DNA of 64,000 nucleotides from Escherichia coli (GTDB lineage Bacteria; Pseudomonadota; Gammaproteobacteria; Enterobacterales; Enterobacteriaceae): NCBI RefSeq assembly GCF_050320075.1, contig NZ_CP190018.1; one strand, 5' to 3'. Shown piece by piece: positions 10,045 to 21,329 of this stretch (position 1 is its first letter; each line of letters starts with the position of its first letter). The notes under the pieces were generated by a model. It saw only the letters and a program-made list of their open reading frames with translations, ran no database searches and was not told where the DNA came from. The position numbers and the translations under genes were made by a program.

Positions 10045-10194
10045 TTCACCGTTTCATGATGACTGAGCACATTGTGATCAGCCGACAATTATTAGTTTTT
10101 GCCTAAAAGTGAATGAGCCTTTACTGCTCTAAAAAAATAATGTTGTCACTCTATACTGGATTTAATATTCACCAAAGATGTTTAACTGATTGAA

Positions 10195-10767
10195 ATGAAA
10201 AATATCCTTGTTATTTCAGGTCATCCTGAGCTTACCCATTCCGTCGCCAATGCCACTATTCTTGATGAAGTGGAGACCGCCCTTCCCGATGTTGAGATTC
10301 GTCGTCTGGACAGGCTCTATCCGGATGGCAAATTCAACATCGCGGCGGAGCAGAAAAGCCTGCTCAGGGCCGATGTGATTGTCTGGCAGTTCCCTTTTTC
10401 CTGGTATGGGCTGCCAGGATTAATGAAAAAATGGCTGGACGAGGTCTTTGTTCACGGCTTCGCGCATGGCTCAACGGCGAAACTGGGCGGTAAAAAGCTG
10501 ATCCTCTCCTTTACAACGGGAGCGCCAGAGGAGCTCTATACCGTCGACAGTTTCTTTGGCCATACCATTGAAGAGTATCTTATTCCGTTCGAAACCACGG
10601 CAAGGCTGTGCAATCTTGAGCTGCTGGCGCCGGTTTATACCTGCGGTATCAGCTATGCCGACCGGGATGCCGACAAAATCGCGCAGCAAAAAACGCTTGC
10701 CCGGGAACACGCTTCAAGGCTTGTCGAACTGCTCAATTCCGTCGTGAATAATCCAGAGGGAGAATAA
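10195..10767 (+). CDS. Flavodoxin-like NAD(P)H:quinone oxidoreductase (KefF/MdaB-like)
   Basis: 190 aa; N-terminal ILVISGHP and DVIVWQFPFSWYGLP motifs typical of NAD(P)H dehydrogenase (quinone) family. Confidence 0.75.
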   Translation: MKNILVISGHPELTHSVANATILDEVETALPDVEIRRLDRLYPDGKFNIAAEQKSLLRADVIVWQFPFSWYGLPGLMKKWLDEVFVHGFAHGSTAKLGGKKLILSFTTGAPEELYTVDSFFGHTIEEYLIPFETTARLCNLELLAPVYTCGISYADRDADKIAQQKTLAREHASRLVELLNSVVNNPEGE

Positions 10768-10769
10768 CA

Positions 10770-11789
10770 ATGCAGTATACCCGGCTCGGTAAAAGTGACT
10801 TACTTGTTTCCCGCATCTGCATGGGATGCATGGGGTTTGGCGATCCGTCGACGGGTCAGCATAGCTGGACGCTGGACGAAACAGCAAGCCGCGACATCAT
10901 TCGCTATGGCCTTGAAAAGGGCATCAACTTTTACGATACCGCTATAGCCTACCAGAATGGCTCCAGTGAGCGATACGTTGGCCGGGCATTACGGGAGATG
11001 GCGAAACGCGATGATATCGTCCTGGCCACCAAGTTTCTGCCGCGAACCCCCGCACAAATTGCCGGAGGGATCAGCGGAAAAGAGGCAATCGCTCAATCCC
11101 TTGACCAGAGCCTGAAGAATCTGGGGATGGACTATATCGACCTCTACATCTACCACATCTGGGATTACAACACGCCCATTATCGACGTGCTTGAAGCGTT
11201 ACATACCGCTGTTACTGCTGGCAAAGTACGATCTGTTGGTATTTCAAACTGCTATGCCTGGCAGCTGGCGAAGGCGAACGCCCTTGCTGAACGCGAAGGG
11301 CTGATGCCCTTTGTTTCCGTACAGAGCCACTACAATCTAATTATGCGCGAAGATGAACGGGAGCTCTTCGGCCTGTGCACTGAGGATAATATCGCAATGA
11401 CCCCCTATAGCGCGCTGGCCAGCGGCCGCCTCTCTCGTAAAGAAGGCTATACACGGCGAGCCACAGAGGATGACTATGCGCGTGGAAAATATGACAGCAC
11501 GGCTGAACAGGATCGCAGCATTATTGAGCGTGTAGCCGAACTGGCCGAACGCCATCTGGTGTCAATGACGGAAATATCTCTCGCTTGGCTGCTGACAAAA
11601 GTCACATCACCTGTCGTAGGGGCTACAAAAAAAGCTCATGTCGATGGCGCGGTAAACGCAGTAAATCTTCAACTAAGTCCGGAGGAAATTCAGTTTCTGG
11701 AAGAAACCTACCAGCCGCATGTTCTGACGGGGGTCATGGCGCAAAATACGCCGCAAACGAAAGATGTTAAGCAGGTCTGGATGCGATAG
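10770..11789 (+). CDS. Aldo/keto reductase (second paralogue)
   Basis: 339 aa; AKR motifs (FYDTAIAYQNG, LATKF, GISN). Confidence 0.8.
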   Translation: MQYTRLGKSDLLVSRICMGCMGFGDPSTGQHSWTLDETASRDIIRYGLEKGINFYDTAIAYQNGSSERYVGRALREMAKRDDIVLATKFLPRTPAQIAGGISGKEAIAQSLDQSLKNLGMDYIDLYIYHIWDYNTPIIDVLEALHTAVTAGKVRSVGISNCYAWQLAKANALAEREGLMPFVSVQSHYNLIMREDERELFGLCTEDNIAMTPYSALASGRLSRKEGYTRRATEDDYARGKYDSTAEQDRSIIERVAELAERHLVSMTEISLAWLLTKVTSPVVGATKKAHVDGAVNAVNLQLSPEEIQFLEETYQPHVLTGVMAQNTPQTKDVKQVWMR

Positions 11790-11991
11790 CCCTTATTCAC
11801 TTTTCCTCCTCTCGTCTTTGAGAGCGCCAGTAGCGGTCGGTTACGTTCTTACCAGCACCAGTTGATCGAACGTCTTAAACAGTAACGTCAGTAAAAAGAT
11901 CATCGTGAAAAAGACTTTTATGCTTTTAATTTGCATGCAAATAAGCAGCCCTGTCTTTGCAACAAAACCGGACGCGCCGAATAAGCCGGAG

Positions 11992-12630
11992 ATGAATATC
12001 TTCGAGCTCGGCATCAGACCCGATCGGGACAACGACTTTGCAGACGTGGCCAGACAGACGATTTCCGCTTCGGTTGATCATGAAGCAGGTACACTGGCGA
12101 TGTATGCCCTGCAACGCAGCGACAATTCAGGTCAGGCATTCATGTTCGAACTCTATGAAAATGAGCGTGCTTATCGCAAACATCTCAATGCCGCCCCATA
12201 CAAAGCATTCGCTGCTCGTGCACCTGACATTATTGACAGGAAGAAGAAAATTACCCTGGAGCCACAGTTTCTGGGCGACAAACACATCATACCGAATGAA
12301 CGAACTATCAATAATCTGGTGATCGTCGAAGTAAAGCCTGAATTTCAGAGCGAATTTAGAAACATCGTCCTTCCTGAAATGGTCGAGTCGCTCAAAGTAG
12401 AGAAAGGCGTGTTAGCCATGTATGCCGGTACAGATTCAGAGACTCCAAAACGCTGGTATTTCTATGAGATTTACGCCAGTGAGGAGGATTATCAACTGCA
12501 CCGACAAACGCTGCACTTCCTGGATTACCTCAGGCAAACGGCGCATATGAGCGCCAGGAAGGACGCAATCCCGGTAAAACCGGTATTTCTTCGTAACAAA
12601 GGCGGAATCAAACAGGAGCCGCAACGTTGA
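11992..12630 (+). CDS. Tandem ABM-domain (antibiotic biosynthesis monooxygenase-like) protein
   Basis: ATG at 11992 preceded by GGAG; two roughly 95-aa ABM-like halves. The ORF track extends to a GTG at 11905 with a hydrophobic N-terminus, so the start is uncertain. Confidence 0.6.
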   Translation: MNIFELGIRPDRDNDFADVARQTISASVDHEAGTLAMYALQRSDNSGQAFMFELYENERAYRKHLNAAPYKAFAARAPDIIDRKKKITLEPQFLGDKHIIPNERTINNLVIVEVKPEFQSEFRNIVLPEMVESLKVEKGVLAMYAGTDSETPKRWYFYEIYASEEDYQLHRQTLHFLDYLRQTAHMSARKDAIPVKPVFLRNKGGIKQEPQR

Positions 12631-12645
12631 CCAGTAAGGATTAAC

Positions 12646-12885
12646 ATGAAAAGCGTACTTGCAGCAGCGGCTATGTCGCTTGTTATTTCTGATTTTGCTA
12701 ATGCTGAGGAAACAAGAGGTAAAGCTATGATGAAAATAGAACCGTCAGCGATTTCGGAAGCTGATATTCGTTCCGTCTCACCGGCTCTCGCGCGCTTTGG
12801 TCGCGAAGCTATTACTGAAGATCTGTGGACACGCGACGCCCTCTCACCGAGGGATCGTAGAGTAGTTAAACTTACTGTTATTTAA
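12646..12885 (+). CDS. Short ORF with signal-peptide-like N-terminus, possible truncated carboxymuconolactone decarboxylase (AhpD-like) family gene
   Basis: 79 aa, AAGGA RBS; stops at the junction with the AT-rich fimbrial locus; family assignment weak. Confidence 0.35.
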   Translation: MKSVLAAAAMSLVISDFANAEETRGKAMMKIEPSAISEADIRSVSPALARFGREAITEDLWTRDALSPRDRRVVKLTVI

Positions 12886-13043
12886 AATATTTACTTTGTA
12901 GCAAGGTTTTCCTATTAAAAGAGAACCAACATTTATTACAAACGCATTAAGTCTGGAAACCCGGCGAGTCGCCAATGTATTAGCAACATTTACCGATTGT
13001 CTGATGTAACGGTTTCCCCGCTTATCCTCTTAACACATGGAGA

Positions 13044-13763
13044 ATGCATCAGATGCAAACTAGGCGTACCCCCTACTCTATTTCCTTTATGGCGACAGTG
13101 TTACTTTTATTGCTCTTTGCTTGCCATAGCACCGTTGCCAACGCAGCTGTCGCACTGGGTGCGACGCGGGTAATTTATCCGGCAAACCAGAAACAGGTTT
13201 TATTGCCTGTCACGAATAATGATCCTGCCAGTGTCTATCTCATTCAGTCATGGATAGAAAATGAGGGTGACCAAAAAGACACCCAGTTTGTCATTACGCC
13301 ACCGCTTTTTTCCATGCAAGGTAAAAAAGAGAATACGCTGCGGATAATCAACGCCACTAATCATCAGTTACCAGGCGACCGTGAAAGCCTGTTCTGGGTT
13401 AATGTTAAAGCTATTCCTGCTATGGAAAAAGATCAGAAGAATGAGAATACATTACAGCTGGCAATTATTAGCCGCATAAAAATGTTTTATCGCCCCACGA
13501 ACCTGGCAATGGCACCTGAAGAAGCGCCTGCAATGCTTCGGTTTCGTCGCAGCGGCAGCAAACTCACTCTTATTAATCCAACGCCCTACTTCATTACCGT
13601 AACAAATATGAAAGCAGGAAATAGCAATCTCCCAAACACCATGGTGCCGCCAAAAGGTGAAGTATCGGTGGATATCCCGCATGCTGCAACCGGGGATATC
13701 AGTTTTCAGACGATCAATGATTACGGTGCATTAACTCCGCGTATTAAGGCAACCATGCAATAA
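13044..13763 (+). CDS. Fimbrial periplasmic chaperone (PapD-like)
   Basis: 239 aa with signal peptide and chaperone-type motifs (RVIYPA..., FWVNVKAIP). Confidence 0.85.
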   Translation: MHQMQTRRTPYSISFMATVLLLLLFACHSTVANAAVALGATRVIYPANQKQVLLPVTNNDPASVYLIQSWIENEGDQKDTQFVITPPLFSMQGKKENTLRIINATNHQLPGDRESLFWVNVKAIPAMEKDQKNENTLQLAIISRIKMFYRPTNLAMAPEEAPAMLRFRRSGSKLTLINPTPYFITVTNMKAGNSNLPNTMVPPKGEVSVDIPHAATGDISFQTINDYGALTPRIKATMQ

Positions 13764-13804
13764 GCCAGTGACCTAATTAATAATAAACTCAATCGGAATT
13801 AAAA

Positions 13805-15483
13805 ATGACAGCCTTTCGTGCCGCATTTAAGGCATATCGTATGCATCAGGTGTTACTACTGCCTCGCTTTGCACGGCTTACCATTGCCCTTGGCTTAGCA
13901 ACTGCGGTATTTCCCGTTGACGCAGAGTATTATTTTAATCCACGGTTTTTAAGCAATGATCTTGCTGAATCTGTCGATTTATCCGCCTTTACTAAGGGAC
14001 GCGAGGCACCACCTGGTACATATCGGGTCGACATTTATTTGAACGACGAATTTATGACTAGTCGGGATATTACTTTTATTGCAGATGATAATAACGCAGA
14101 TCTCATCCCATGCCTGAGTACAGATCTTCTTGTCAGTCTTGGCATAAAAAAATCAGCGTTATTAGACAATAAAGAACATTTGGCAGAAAAACATGTGCCG
14201 GACAACAGCGCATGCACACCACTTCAGGATCGTTTGGCCGACGCATCAACTGAGTTTGATGTTGGTCAGCAACATTTGTCACTCTCCGTTCCGCAAATTT
14301 ATGTTGGCAGAATGGCTCGCGGCTATGTTTCTCCTGATCTGTGGGAAGAAGGAATAAATGCTGGGCTTCTAAACTATAGTTTTAATGGTAATTCTATTAA
14401 TAATCGTAGTAACCATAATGCAGGAAAATCCAACTATGCATATTTGAATTTACAGAGTGGCATCAACATTGGTAGTTGGCGACTGCGCGATAACTCAACG
14501 TGGAGTTATAACAGTGGGAGTAGCAATTCATCTGACAGCAATAAATGGCAGCACATCAATACGTCGGCTGAACGTGACATTATTCCCTTACGCTCACGCT
14601 TAACGGTAGGTGATAGTTATACCGATGGCGATATTTTTGATAGTGTGAACTTTCGTGGCCTCAAAATAAATTCAACAGAAGCGATGTTGCCCGATAGCCA
14701 ACATGGTTTCGCTCCGGTGATTCATGGTATTGCCCGCGGCACCGCACAAGTGAGTGTAAAACAGAATGGATACGATGTTTATCAGACTACTGTCCCACCC
14801 GGCCCTTTTACTATTGATGATATCAACTCTGCGGCCAATGGTGGTGATCTGCAAGTAACCATAAAAGAGGCAGACGGCAGTATTCAGACATTATATGTTC
14901 CTTATTCGTCTGTTCCGGTTCTCCAACGTGCTGGATATACGCGTTATGCGCTTGCCATGGGGGAATATCGTAGTGGAAATAACCTGCAAAGCTCCCCCAA
15001 GTTCATACAAGGTAGCTTGATGCATGGACTGGAAGGAAACTGGACACCTTATGGCGGAATGCAAATTGCAGAAGATTATCAAGCCTTCAACCTTGGTATT
15101 GGTAAAGATTTAGGACTTTTTGGTGCCTTTTCTTTCGATATCACGCAGGCCAATACGACACTTGCAGATGGCACCCGTCACAGCGGGCAATCGATTAAAT
15201 CCGTCTACAGCAAATCCTTCTACCAGACGGGAACCAATATCCAGGTCGCAGGATATCGCTATTCTACGCAAGGTTTTTATAACTTATCCGACAGTGCCTA
15301 CAGTCGAATGAGTGGTTACACCGTCAAGCCTCCTACCGGAGACAGCAATGAGCAGACACAATTTATTGATTATTTTAATCTGTTCTACAGTAAGCGTGGT
15401 CAGGAACAAATAAGCATCTCTCAGCAGCTTGGAAATTACGGTACGACATTTTTCAGTGCCAGTCGCCAAAGTTACTGGAACAC
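13805..15483 (+). pseudogene. Fimbrial usher, N-terminal about 560 codons only, truncated by IS1
   Basis: Usher-like N-terminus (FNPRFL..., plug region); reading frame runs straight into the IS1 terminal repeat at 15484. Confidence 0.8.
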
Positions 15484-16251
15484 GGTAATGACTCCAACTT
15501 ACTGATAGTGTTTTATGTTCAGATAATGCCCGATGACCTTGTCATGCAGCTCCACCGATTTTGAGAACGACAGTGACTTCCGTCCCAGCCTTGCCAGATG
15601 TTGTCTCAGATTCAGGTTATGCCGCTCAATTCGCTGAGTGTAACGCTTGCTGATTACGTGCAGCTTTCCCTTCAGGCGGGATTCATACAGCGGCCAGCCA
15701 TCCGTCATCCATACCACGACCTCAAAGGCCGACAGCAGGCTTAGAAGACGCTCCAGTGTGGCCAGAGTGCGTTCACCGAATACGTGCGCAACAACCGTCT
15801 TCCGGAGCCTGTCATACGCGTAAAACAGCCAGCGCTGGCGCGATTTAGCCCCGACGTATCCCCACTGTTCGTCCATTTCCGCGCAGACGATGACGTCACT
15901 GCCCGGCTGTATGCGCGAGGTTACCGACTGCGGCCTGAGTTTTTTAAATGGCGGAAAATCGTGTTGAGGCCAACGCCCATAATGCGGGCGGTTGCCCGGC
16001 ATCCAACGCCATTCATGGCCATATCAATGATTTTCTGGTGCGTACCGGGTTGAGAAGCGGTGTAAGTGAACTGCAGTTGCCATGTTTTACGGCAGTGAGA
16101 GCAGAGATAGCGCTGATGTCCGGCGGTGCTTTTGCCGTTACGCACCACCCCGTCAGTAGCTGAACAGGAGGGACAGCTGATAGAAACAGAAGCCACTGGA
16201 GCACCTCAAAAACACCATCATACACTAAATCAGTAAGTTGGCAGCATCACC
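15484..16251 (-). mobile_element. insAB: IS1 copy 1 (768 bp), insA 15921..16196 and insB 15499..16002 on minus strand
   Basis: Terminal inverted repeats GGTAATGACTCCAACTTA and GGTGATGCTGCCAACTTA read directly; InsA/InsB proteins recognised; no target-site duplication at flanks. Confidence 0.95.
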
Positions 16252-16462
16252 CAAAAATGAAGGTACTGCCGAAAATATTCAGATAGAGCTAAGGGATGAC
16301 CAGGATGCGACGTTAAAAAATGGCGATAGCAAAACGGTTATTGTTGATGAGATCACTCGTAATGCACAGTTTCCACTTAAGGCAAGAGCTATCACGGTGA
16401 ATGGAAACGCAAGCCAGGGAACGATCGAGGCGCTAATCAATGTGATCTACACCTGGCAATAA
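16252..16462 (+). pseudogene. C-terminal fragment of a fimbrial subunit (ydeR/ydeS-like) fused to the IS1 end
   Basis: Frame ends with the fimbrial-subunit-type C-terminus NASQGTIEALINVIYTWQ; N-terminus missing. Confidence 0.55.
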
Positions 16463-16521
16463 CGTCGATTCGATTTTCTTAGCCTCCTTTTTAAATCAAT
16501 TTTTTAACCTTAGGATATATC

Positions 16522-17436
16522 ATGGGTAAAACAATAAGTATGAAGCTTCTGTTCGGTATTTATCTTCTATTAATGGCAGGCAAAGTTTTTGCCTTCAGTT
16601 GTAATGTCGATGGCGGGTCAAGTATTGGAGCAGGTACAACCTCTGTTTATGTTAATCTCGACCCTGTAATACAACCGGGCCAGAATCTGGTTGTAGACTT
16701 GTCTCAGCACATAAGTTGCTGGAATGATTACGGCGGCTGGTACGACACTGATCATATAAACCTGGTACAAGGCTCAGCTTTCGCAGGCTCTCTACAGTCA
16801 TATAAAGGATCGCTGTACTGGAATAATGTGACCTACCCCTTCCCGTTGACGACAAATACTAATGTATTAGATATTGGTGATAAGACACCGATGCCATTAC
16901 CGTTAAAACTCTATATTACCCCAGTCGGTGCGGCCGGTGGAGTTGTCATAAAAGCCGGGGAAGTTATTGCCCGTATTCATATGTATAAAATTGCCACGTT
17001 AGGAAGTGGAAATCCGCGTAATTTTACGTGGAATATTATTTCAAATAACAGTGTTGTTATGCCAACAGGCGGCTGCACCGTTGATAGTCGTAATGTCAAC
17101 GTGAATCTCCCGGACTTTCCTGGAAGCGCAGAAATACCCCTTGGCGTATATTGCTCAAGTGAACAAAAGCTCTCATTTTATCTTTCGGGTGCTACCACTG
17201 ACAGTGCCAGACAAGTGTTTGCTAACACAGCACCAGATGCAACAAAAGCATCGGGAGTGGGTGTCTCTCTGATGCGTAATGGAAAAATACTGGCTACGGG
17301 AGAAAACGTCTCCCTGGGGACAGTAAATAAAAGCAAAGTACCTCTGGGTTTAAGCGCAACCTATGGACAAACAGGAAACAAGGTTGCAGCCGGAACCGTC
17401 CAGTCAGTCATTGGTGTCACTTTTATCTATGAATAA
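16522..17436 (+). CDS. ydeQ: FimH-like fimbrial adhesin
   Basis: 304 aa with signal peptide; matches the length and character of K-12 YdeQ. Confidence 0.8.
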   Translation: MGKTISMKLLFGIYLLLMAGKVFAFSCNVDGGSSIGAGTTSVYVNLDPVIQPGQNLVVDLSQHISCWNDYGGWYDTDHINLVQGSAFAGSLQSYKGSLYWNNVTYPFPLTTNTNVLDIGDKTPMPLPLKLYITPVGAAGGVVIKAGEVIARIHMYKIATLGSGNPRNFTWNIISNNSVVMPTGGCTVDSRNVNVNLPDFPGSAEIPLGVYCSSEQKLSFYLSGATTDSARQVFANTAPDATKASGVGVSLMRNGKILATGENVSLGTVNKSKVPLGLSATYGQTGNKVAAGTVQSVIGVTFIYE

Positions 17437-17508
17437 TTGTGATTTTGACATTGGTCTATGCGCTCCATTCACGAAAATTGCGCGGATATTTATTTTGTGA
17501 AGGCTATT

Positions 17509-17526
17509 ATCCTACATCTGTAAGAA
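17509..17526 (+). promoter_or_regulatory. EvgA-box-like inverted repeat upstream of ydeP (ATCCTACA-TC-TGTAAGAA)
   Basis: Matches the reported EvgA consensus TTCYTACA-NN-TGTARGAA with one mismatch; about 240 bp upstream of the ydeP start. Confidence 0.55.
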
Positions 17527-17768
17527 AATCCGCGCACAATTGAAGCCAGAGTCTTATTTTTTATATTGAAAAATATGTTAATTTAAACACTATGAGAGAT
17601 GATGCTTAATTTATCGTATTTAATCTTTTGTTTAACGATAATAGATTAAAATAGAAAGAGAGTAGTCCCCTACTCTTATATATCCATGTTGACGATAATC
17701 CCTTTGTATATACTGTGCATCATCGCTATTACAAATCCTAATAATTCATTTCCACACAGGATAAGCAG

Positions 17769-20048
17769 ATGAAGAAAAAAATTGAATCCTACCAGGGAGC
17801 TGCCGGTGGTTGGGGTGCTGTTAAATCCGTAGCGAATGCAGTACGTAAGCAGATGGATATACGCCAGGATGTTATTGCCATGTTTGACATGAATAAGCCA
17901 GAGGGCTTTGACTGTCCGGGTTGTGCATGGCCAGATCCTAAGCACAGTGCGTCATTCGACATTTGTGAAAACGGCGCAAAAGCAATCGCCTGGGAAGTCA
18001 CGGATAAGCAGGTAAACGCCTCTTTCTTTGCTGAGAATACGGTTCAATCATTACTTACCTGGGGAGACCACGAGCTTGAGGCTGCGGGGCGTCTCACCCA
18101 GCCTTTGAAATATGATGCCGTCAGCGACTGTTACAAGCCATTAAGCTGGCAACAAGCTTTCGACGAAATTGGCGAACGCCTTCAAAGCTATAGTGATCCC
18201 AATCAGGTTGAATTCTATACTTCGGGCCGCACTTCCAATGAAGCTGCCTTTCTTTATCAGCTTTTTGCCCGTGAATACGGGAGCAATAACTTCCCCGACT
18301 GCTCCAACATGTGCCATGAACCGACCAGTGTGGGTTTGGCAGCGAGTATCGGTGTAGGTAAAGGGACCGTGTTGCTGGAAGACTTTGAGAAATGCGATTT
18401 AGTCATTTGCATTGGGCATAACCCTGGTACAAACCACCCTCGCATGTTGACTTCGTTGCGCGCTTTAGTGAAACGGGGAGCGAAAATGATCGCCATCAAT
18501 CCTCTACAGGAACGTGGCCTGGAGCGATTTACCGCACCGCAAAACCCGTTTGAAATGCTGACGAACTCTGAGACTCAGTTGGCCAGTGCCTACTATAACG
18601 TGCGCATTGGTGGTGATATGGCGTTGCTCAAGGGGATGATGCGCCTGTTAATTGAGCGCGATGATGCTGCAAGCGCCGCAGGTCGGCCCTCATTGCTGGA
18701 TGACGAATTTATTCAAACGCATACCGTCGGCTTTGACGAGCTACGCCGTGACGTGCTCAATTCCGAGTGGAAAGATATCGAACGTATTTCTGGATTAAGT
18801 CAGACTCAAATCGCCGAACTGGCTGATGCATATGCCGCTGCCGAACGCACCATTATCTGTTACGGAATGGGGATCACTCAGCACGAACATGGTACCCAGA
18901 ATGTACAGCAACTGGTCAATCTGCTGTTGATGAAAGGTAACATTGGCAAGCCTGGTGCGGGTATCTGCCCACTACGAGGTCACTCTAATGTACAGGGCGA
19001 CCGAACCGTCGGTATCACCGAGAAACCGTCTGCAGAGTTTCTGGCTCGCCTGGGTGAGCGCTATGGTTTCACCCCACCTCATGCACCTGGACATGCTGCA
19101 ATTGCCAGCATGCAAGCAATATGTACGGGGCAGGCTCGAGCATTGATCTGCATGGGGGGCAACTTTGCTCTGGCAATGCCAGATCGGGAAGCGAGCGCTG
19201 TACCGTTAACACAATTAGATCTGACGGTACACGTAGCCACTAAGCTTAACCGCTCTCATCTGCTGACCGCACGGCATAGCTATATTCTGCCGGTTCTGGG
19301 ACGCAGCGAGATTGACATGCAAAAAAGCGGTGCGCAGGCGGTAACCGTTGAGGATTCAATGTCGATGATTCATGCCTCGCGTGGCGTGTTAAAACCCGCC
19401 GGTGTAATGCTGAAATCAGAGTGTGCAGTGGTCGCGGGAATCGCGCAGGCAGCACTACCCCAGAGCGTGGTAGCCTGGGAGTATCTGGTGGAAGATTATG
19501 ATCGCATTCGCAATGACATTGAAGCTGTGCTGCCAGAGTTCGCCGACTATAACCAGCGCATCCGTCATCCCGGTGGTTTTCACCTGATAAATGCAGCTGC
19601 TGAAAGGCGCTGGATGACGCCGTCAGGTAAGGCTAATTTCATTACCAGTAAAGGGCTGTTAGAAGATCCCTCTTCAGCGTTTAACAGTAAGCTAGTCATG
19701 GCGACAGTACGCAGTCACGATCAGTACAACACGACGATTTATGGTATGGATGATCGCTATCGAGGGGTATTCGGTCAACGAGATGTGGTCTTTATGAGTG
19801 CTAAACAAGCTAAAATTTGCCGTGTAAAAAACGGCGAAAGAGTTAATCTTATTGCGCTTACGCCAGACGGTAAGCGAAGCTCACGCCGCATGGATAGATT
19901 AAAAGTGGTCATTTACCCTATGGCTGACCGCTCACTGGTGACCTATTTTCCAGAATCGAATCACATGCTAACACTTGATAACCACGATCCATTAAGTGGC
20001 ATTCCTGGCTATAAAAGTATTCCGGTTGAATTAGAACCATCAAATTAA
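17769..20048 (+). CDS. ydeP: Molybdopterin oxidoreductase (formate-dehydrogenase-like), acid-resistance protein
   Basis: 759 aa, same length as K-12 YdeP; molybdopterin oxidoreductase features. Confidence 0.9.
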   Translation: MKKKIESYQGAAGGWGAVKSVANAVRKQMDIRQDVIAMFDMNKPEGFDCPGCAWPDPKHSASFDICENGAKAIAWEVTDKQVNASFFAENTVQSLLTWGDHELEAAGRLTQPLKYDAVSDCYKPLSWQQAFDEIGERLQSYSDPNQVEFYTSGRTSNEAAFLYQLFAREYGSNNFPDCSNMCHEPTSVGLAASIGVGKGTVLLEDFEKCDLVICIGHNPGTNHPRMLTSLRALVKRGAKMIAINPLQERGLERFTAPQNPFEMLTNSETQLASAYYNVRIGGDMALLKGMMRLLIERDDAASAAGRPSLLDDEFIQTHTVGFDELRRDVLNSEWKDIERISGLSQTQIAELADAYAAAERTIICYGMGITQHEHGTQNVQQLVNLLLMKGNIGKPGAGICPLRGHSNVQGDRTVGITEKPSAEFLARLGERYGFTPPHAPGHAAIASMQAICTGQARALICMGGNFALAMPDREASAVPLTQLDLTVHVATKLNRSHLLTARHSYILPVLGRSEIDMQKSGAQAVTVEDSMSMIHASRGVLKPAGVMLKSECAVVAGIAQAALPQSVVAWEYLVEDYDRIRNDIEAVLPEFADYNQRIRHPGGFHLINAAAERRWMTPSGKANFITSKGLLEDPSSAFNSKLVMATVRSHDQYNTTIYGMDDRYRGVFGQRDVVFMSAKQAKICRVKNGERVNLIALTPDGKRSSRRMDRLKVVIYPMADRSLVTYFPESNHMLTLDNHDPLSGIPGYKSIPVELEPSN

Positions 20049-20166
20049 TTCGCCTCCTCATTTCTTCTGCTGTCATCCGCACAGCAGAAGAATTCCTCAT
20101 TGACCATTGTCGCGCAATTTACTCACATGTGCTAAATTAAACTGCTCGTTATAAGATATATACCTC

Positions 20167-20184
20167 CGCCTACAGCTGTAAGAA
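20167..20184 (+). promoter_or_regulatory. EvgA-box-like inverted repeat upstream of safA-ydeO (CGCCTACA-GC-TGTAAGAA)
   Basis: Second half-site perfect, first half-site two mismatches; surrounding roughly 50 bp is similar to the ydeP upstream element. Confidence 0.5.
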
Positions 20185-20295
20185 ACTCCGCTCAGTACTG
20201 AAGCGCCAGTCCTATTTCCTCTATTCTCCAGCCTGTTATATTAAGCATACTGATTAACGATTTTTAACGTTATCCGCTAAATAAACATATTTGAA

Positions 20296-20493
20296 ATGCA
20301 TGCGACCACAGTGAAAAACAAAATCACGCAAAGAGACAACTATAAAGAAATCATGTCTGTAATTGTGGTTGTCTTATTACTGACACTTACGTTGATAGCC
20401 ATTTTTTCGGCAATTGATCAGCTGGGTATTTCAGAAATGGGTCGCATTGCAAGGGATCTTACACATTTCATTATCAATAGTTTGCAAGACTGA
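20296..20493 (+). CDS. safA: SafA, small membrane connector protein between EvgS/EvgA and PhoQ/PhoP
   Basis: 65-aa product with a single transmembrane segment; sequence recalled as SafA (YneN). Confidence 0.85.
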   Translation: MHATTVKNKITQRDNYKEIMSVIVVVLLLTLTLIAIFSAIDQLGISEMGRIARDLTHFIINSLQD

Positions 20494-20567
20494 AAATAAA
20501 CAGCAAATTATAAATATGAAATGTTAAAAAAGTATCGATAAAAACTTTATTGTTTTAAGGAGATAAA

Positions 20568-21329
20568 ATGTCGCTCGTTTGTTCTGTTATATTTATTCAT
20601 CATGCCTTCAACGCTAACATTTTAGATAAAGATTACGCCTTCTCTGACGGCGAGATCCTGATGGTAGATAACGCTGTTCGTACGCATTTTGAACCTTATG
20701 AGCGGCATTTCAAAGAAATCGGATTTAATGAAAATACCATTAAAAAATATCTACAATGCACTAACATCCAGACAGTGACGGTGCCTGTTCCTGCGAAGTT
20801 TTTACGTGCTTCAAATGTACCGACTGGATTGCTTAATGAAATGATTGCTTATCTCAACTCGGAAGAACGCAATCATCATAATTTTTCAGAACTTTTGCTT
20901 TTTTCTTGCCTGTCTATTTTTGCCGCATGCAAAGGTTTCATTACACTATTAACTAACGGTGTGCTATCCGTTTCTGGGAAAGTGAGAAATATTGTCAACA
21001 TGAAGCTGGCGCACCCATGGAAGCTGAAAGATATTTGTGACTGCCTGTACATTAGTGAAAGCCTGTTGAAGAAAAAACTAAAGCAAGAGCAAACGACATT
21101 CTCACAGATTCTTTTAGATGCCAGAATGCAGCACGCAAAAAATTTGATACGCGTAGAAGGTTCAGTCAATAAAATTGCCGAACAATGTGGTTATGCGAGT
21201 ACATCTTATTTTATTTATGCGTTCCGCAAACATTTTGGCAACAGTCCAAAGAGAGTTTCTAAGGAGTACCGTTGTCAAAGGCACACGGGTATGAATAAGG
21301 GCAACACGATGAATGCTTTAGCTATTTGA
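20568..21329 (+). CDS. ydeO: AraC-family acid-resistance regulator
   Basis: 253 aa, C-terminal AraC HTH (YASTSYFIYAFRKHFGNSP). Confidence 0.9.
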   Translation: MSLVCSVIFIHHAFNANILDKDYAFSDGEILMVDNAVRTHFEPYERHFKEIGFNENTIKKYLQCTNIQTVTVPVPAKFLRASNVPTGLLNEMIAYLNSEERNHHNFSELLLFSCLSIFAACKGFITLLTNGVLSVSGKVRNIVNMKLAHPWKLKDICDCLYISESLLKKKLKQEQTTFSQILLDARMQHAKNLIRVEGSVNKIAEQCGYASTSYFIYAFRKHFGNSPKRVSKEYRCQRHTGMNKGNTMNALAI

